A DNA stretch of 47,449 nt from Pseudomonadota bacterium. GTDB lineage: Bacteria; Pseudomonadota; Alphaproteobacteria; Caulobacterales; Hyphomonadaceae. The DNA is taken from NCBI GenBank assembly GCA_039815905.1, contig JBCBYJ010000001.1:1-47449 (forward strand). The letters are read 5' to 3'. A program made the translations under genes and the position numbers. The notes beneath the pieces were generated by a model. It was given only the letters and a program-made list of their open reading frames with translations, was not told the origin of the DNA and did not search any database. Numbering within the stretch: position 1 is the first letter of the stretch; each line of letters begins with the position of its first letter. Positions 46,571 through 47,449 of the stretch are shown here, in pieces.

Positions 46571-47089
46571 TTAGCTGGCTCGGATACGATCGCCAATCCG
46601 GCCCATGGCCGCTTCGATCTTTTCATCATACTCGGTCTTAACAAGCTCGAGACTCGGCGGGTCTTGGCGAACCGGCGCCGCTGCCGGCGCCTCTTCCTTC
46701 TCCTCGGTCGGGGTTCCGAGGAAGCCCCATTTCGAAAAGATGTTGATGATCGCAAGCGAGATCGATGCGCCCCACACGACAGCGTCATTGTAGAGCATGC
46801 CGTCGCCGGCCTTAAGAAGCACCACTGCGCCCACATGGACGAAGAACGCTTCGAGACTTGCATAGATCACCATCAGGACGATCAGGACGCCGGCCATCAC
46901 CTTGTCGTGCTTAACGCTGAACCAGCGGTGCAGCGCGGTCGACAGGAGCCAGGAGCAGCAAGCAAGAACGAATGTGCAAATATTGGCGAGATCGCTTGGC
47001 AACATCGAGTGCAGGCCTTGATAGCTGATATAGATCGCAGCGAGCACGGGGCCGACACAAGCCAGCTTGGTCATTGGGTTCTCTGGCAC
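46571..47089 (-). CDS. Four-TM membrane protein (moron)
   Basis: GAGGAGG then GTG at 47089; four hydrophobic helices and charged C-terminal tail; antisense to the surrounding operon. Confidence 0.78.
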   Translation of the reverse strand: MPENPMTKLACVGPVLAAIYISYQGLHSMLPSDLANICTFVLACCSWLLSTALHRWFSVKHDKVMAGVLIVLMVIYASLEAFFVHVGAVVLLKAGDGMLYNDAVVWGASISLAIINIFSKWGFLGTPTEEKEEAPAAAPVRQDPPSLELVKTEYDEKIEAAMGRIGDRIRAS

Positions 47090-47143
47090 GAGATACCTCC
47101 TCTTCAATTGTCAAACAGCAGTCACGTCGCCGCGACTGATTTG

Positions 47144-47205
47144 TGTATGGCGGGTGTATGGCGGCTTGTCAACACTGTATGGCGGGTGTATGGCATCTGC
47201 ATGGC
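47144..47205 (+). repeat. Phased TGTATGGC direct repeats (operator array)
   Basis: Copies at 47144, 47155, 47176, 47187 and variant TGCATGGC at 47198. Confidence 0.85.
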
Positions 47206-47389
47206 AAAAAACTTGAAGAAATCGCGCACATTCCGGTTCACCGAAGAGGAAATGGCGCTCATGGATCGCGTCAAAGGCGAAAAAACCTATGCGCAGATCA
47301 TCGTTGAGGGCTTGCAAGCGCTCGATCGACCCAATGAAATCAGCCAGGAGACAGTGCTCGACTGGATCCGCCGCAACACGAAGGAGTGA
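47201..47389 (+). CDS. Ribbon-helix-helix (CopG-like) regulator
   Basis: 62 aa: SRTFRFTEEEMALMDRV..TYAQIIVEGL beta-alpha-alpha pattern. Confidence 0.7.
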   Translation: MAKNLKKSRTFRFTEEEMALMDRVKGEKTYAQIIVEGLQALDRPNEISQETVLDWIRRNTKE

Positions 47390-47392
47390 GGG

Positions 47393-47449
47393 ATGCGAAC
47401 ACTAAGCGAGGTCGACGCCGCAGTGGAGAAAGCGAATCGACGATTCGAA
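47393..47449 (+). CDS. 5' end of an ORF truncated by the window edge
   Basis: GGAGTGAGGG then ATG 47393, MRTLSEVDAAVEKANRRFE, open to the end. Confidence 0.5.
   Translation, partial: MRTLSEVDAAVEKANRRFE

Larger units (their letters stand above)
10170..47449. mobile_element. Podovirus-like prophage (left end near 10.17-10.26 kb; right end and integrase beyond the window)
   Basis: Contiguous lysis, tail, internal virion, capsid, portal, terminase, replication and immunity modules starting just upstream of degP. Confidence 0.93.

Noticed and set aside
46544-47200. N-terminal 219 aa of the 281-aa ORF 46544-47389
   Set aside because: Antisense to the membrane moron and runs through the terminator and repeat array; only the part from ATG 47201 looks like a real RHH protein
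47144-47205. Possible CRISPR-like mini-array
   Set aside because: Repeats are 8-19 bp with 3-13 bp gaps and there are no cas genes; fits an operator array

Overview
Alphaproteobacterial chromosome segment; gene content and order suggest Caulobacterales/Hyphomonadaceae. Bases 1-10.1 kb are host genes: two accessory ORFs, an ECF sigma / anti-sigma / periplasmic sensor / EF-hand cluster, glnE, an OmpR-type two-component pair and a DegP/Do protease. From about 10.17 kb to the window end lies an apparently intact podovirus-type prophage; its integrase and right att site are not in the window. On the minus strand, in transcription order, it carries cro, a block of regulators, TOPRIM primase, P-loop helicase, an iteron-rich origin, terS/terL, portal, scaffold, capsid, tail tubular proteins, internal virion proteins (one a 1584-aa polyvalent protein), an SGNH tail fibre and lysis genes. 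On the plus strand it carries a repressor and an early operon. Most notable: (1) an early operon with look-alikes of three core cell-cycle regulators (GcrA, DnaA domain IV, a receiver-less OmpR/CtrA-type winged helix); (2) a 12-bp motif plus IHF-type site shared by the prophage left end and the terS/terL junction; (3) a nozzle gene split by one in-frame TAG; (4) an anti-Shine-Dalgarno loop hairpin and a duplicated capsid leader motif; (5) two late promoters with a 15-bp spacer; (6) a self-contained RHH + membrane protein moron with phased repeats. All family calls come from motif recognition by eye, not database searches.
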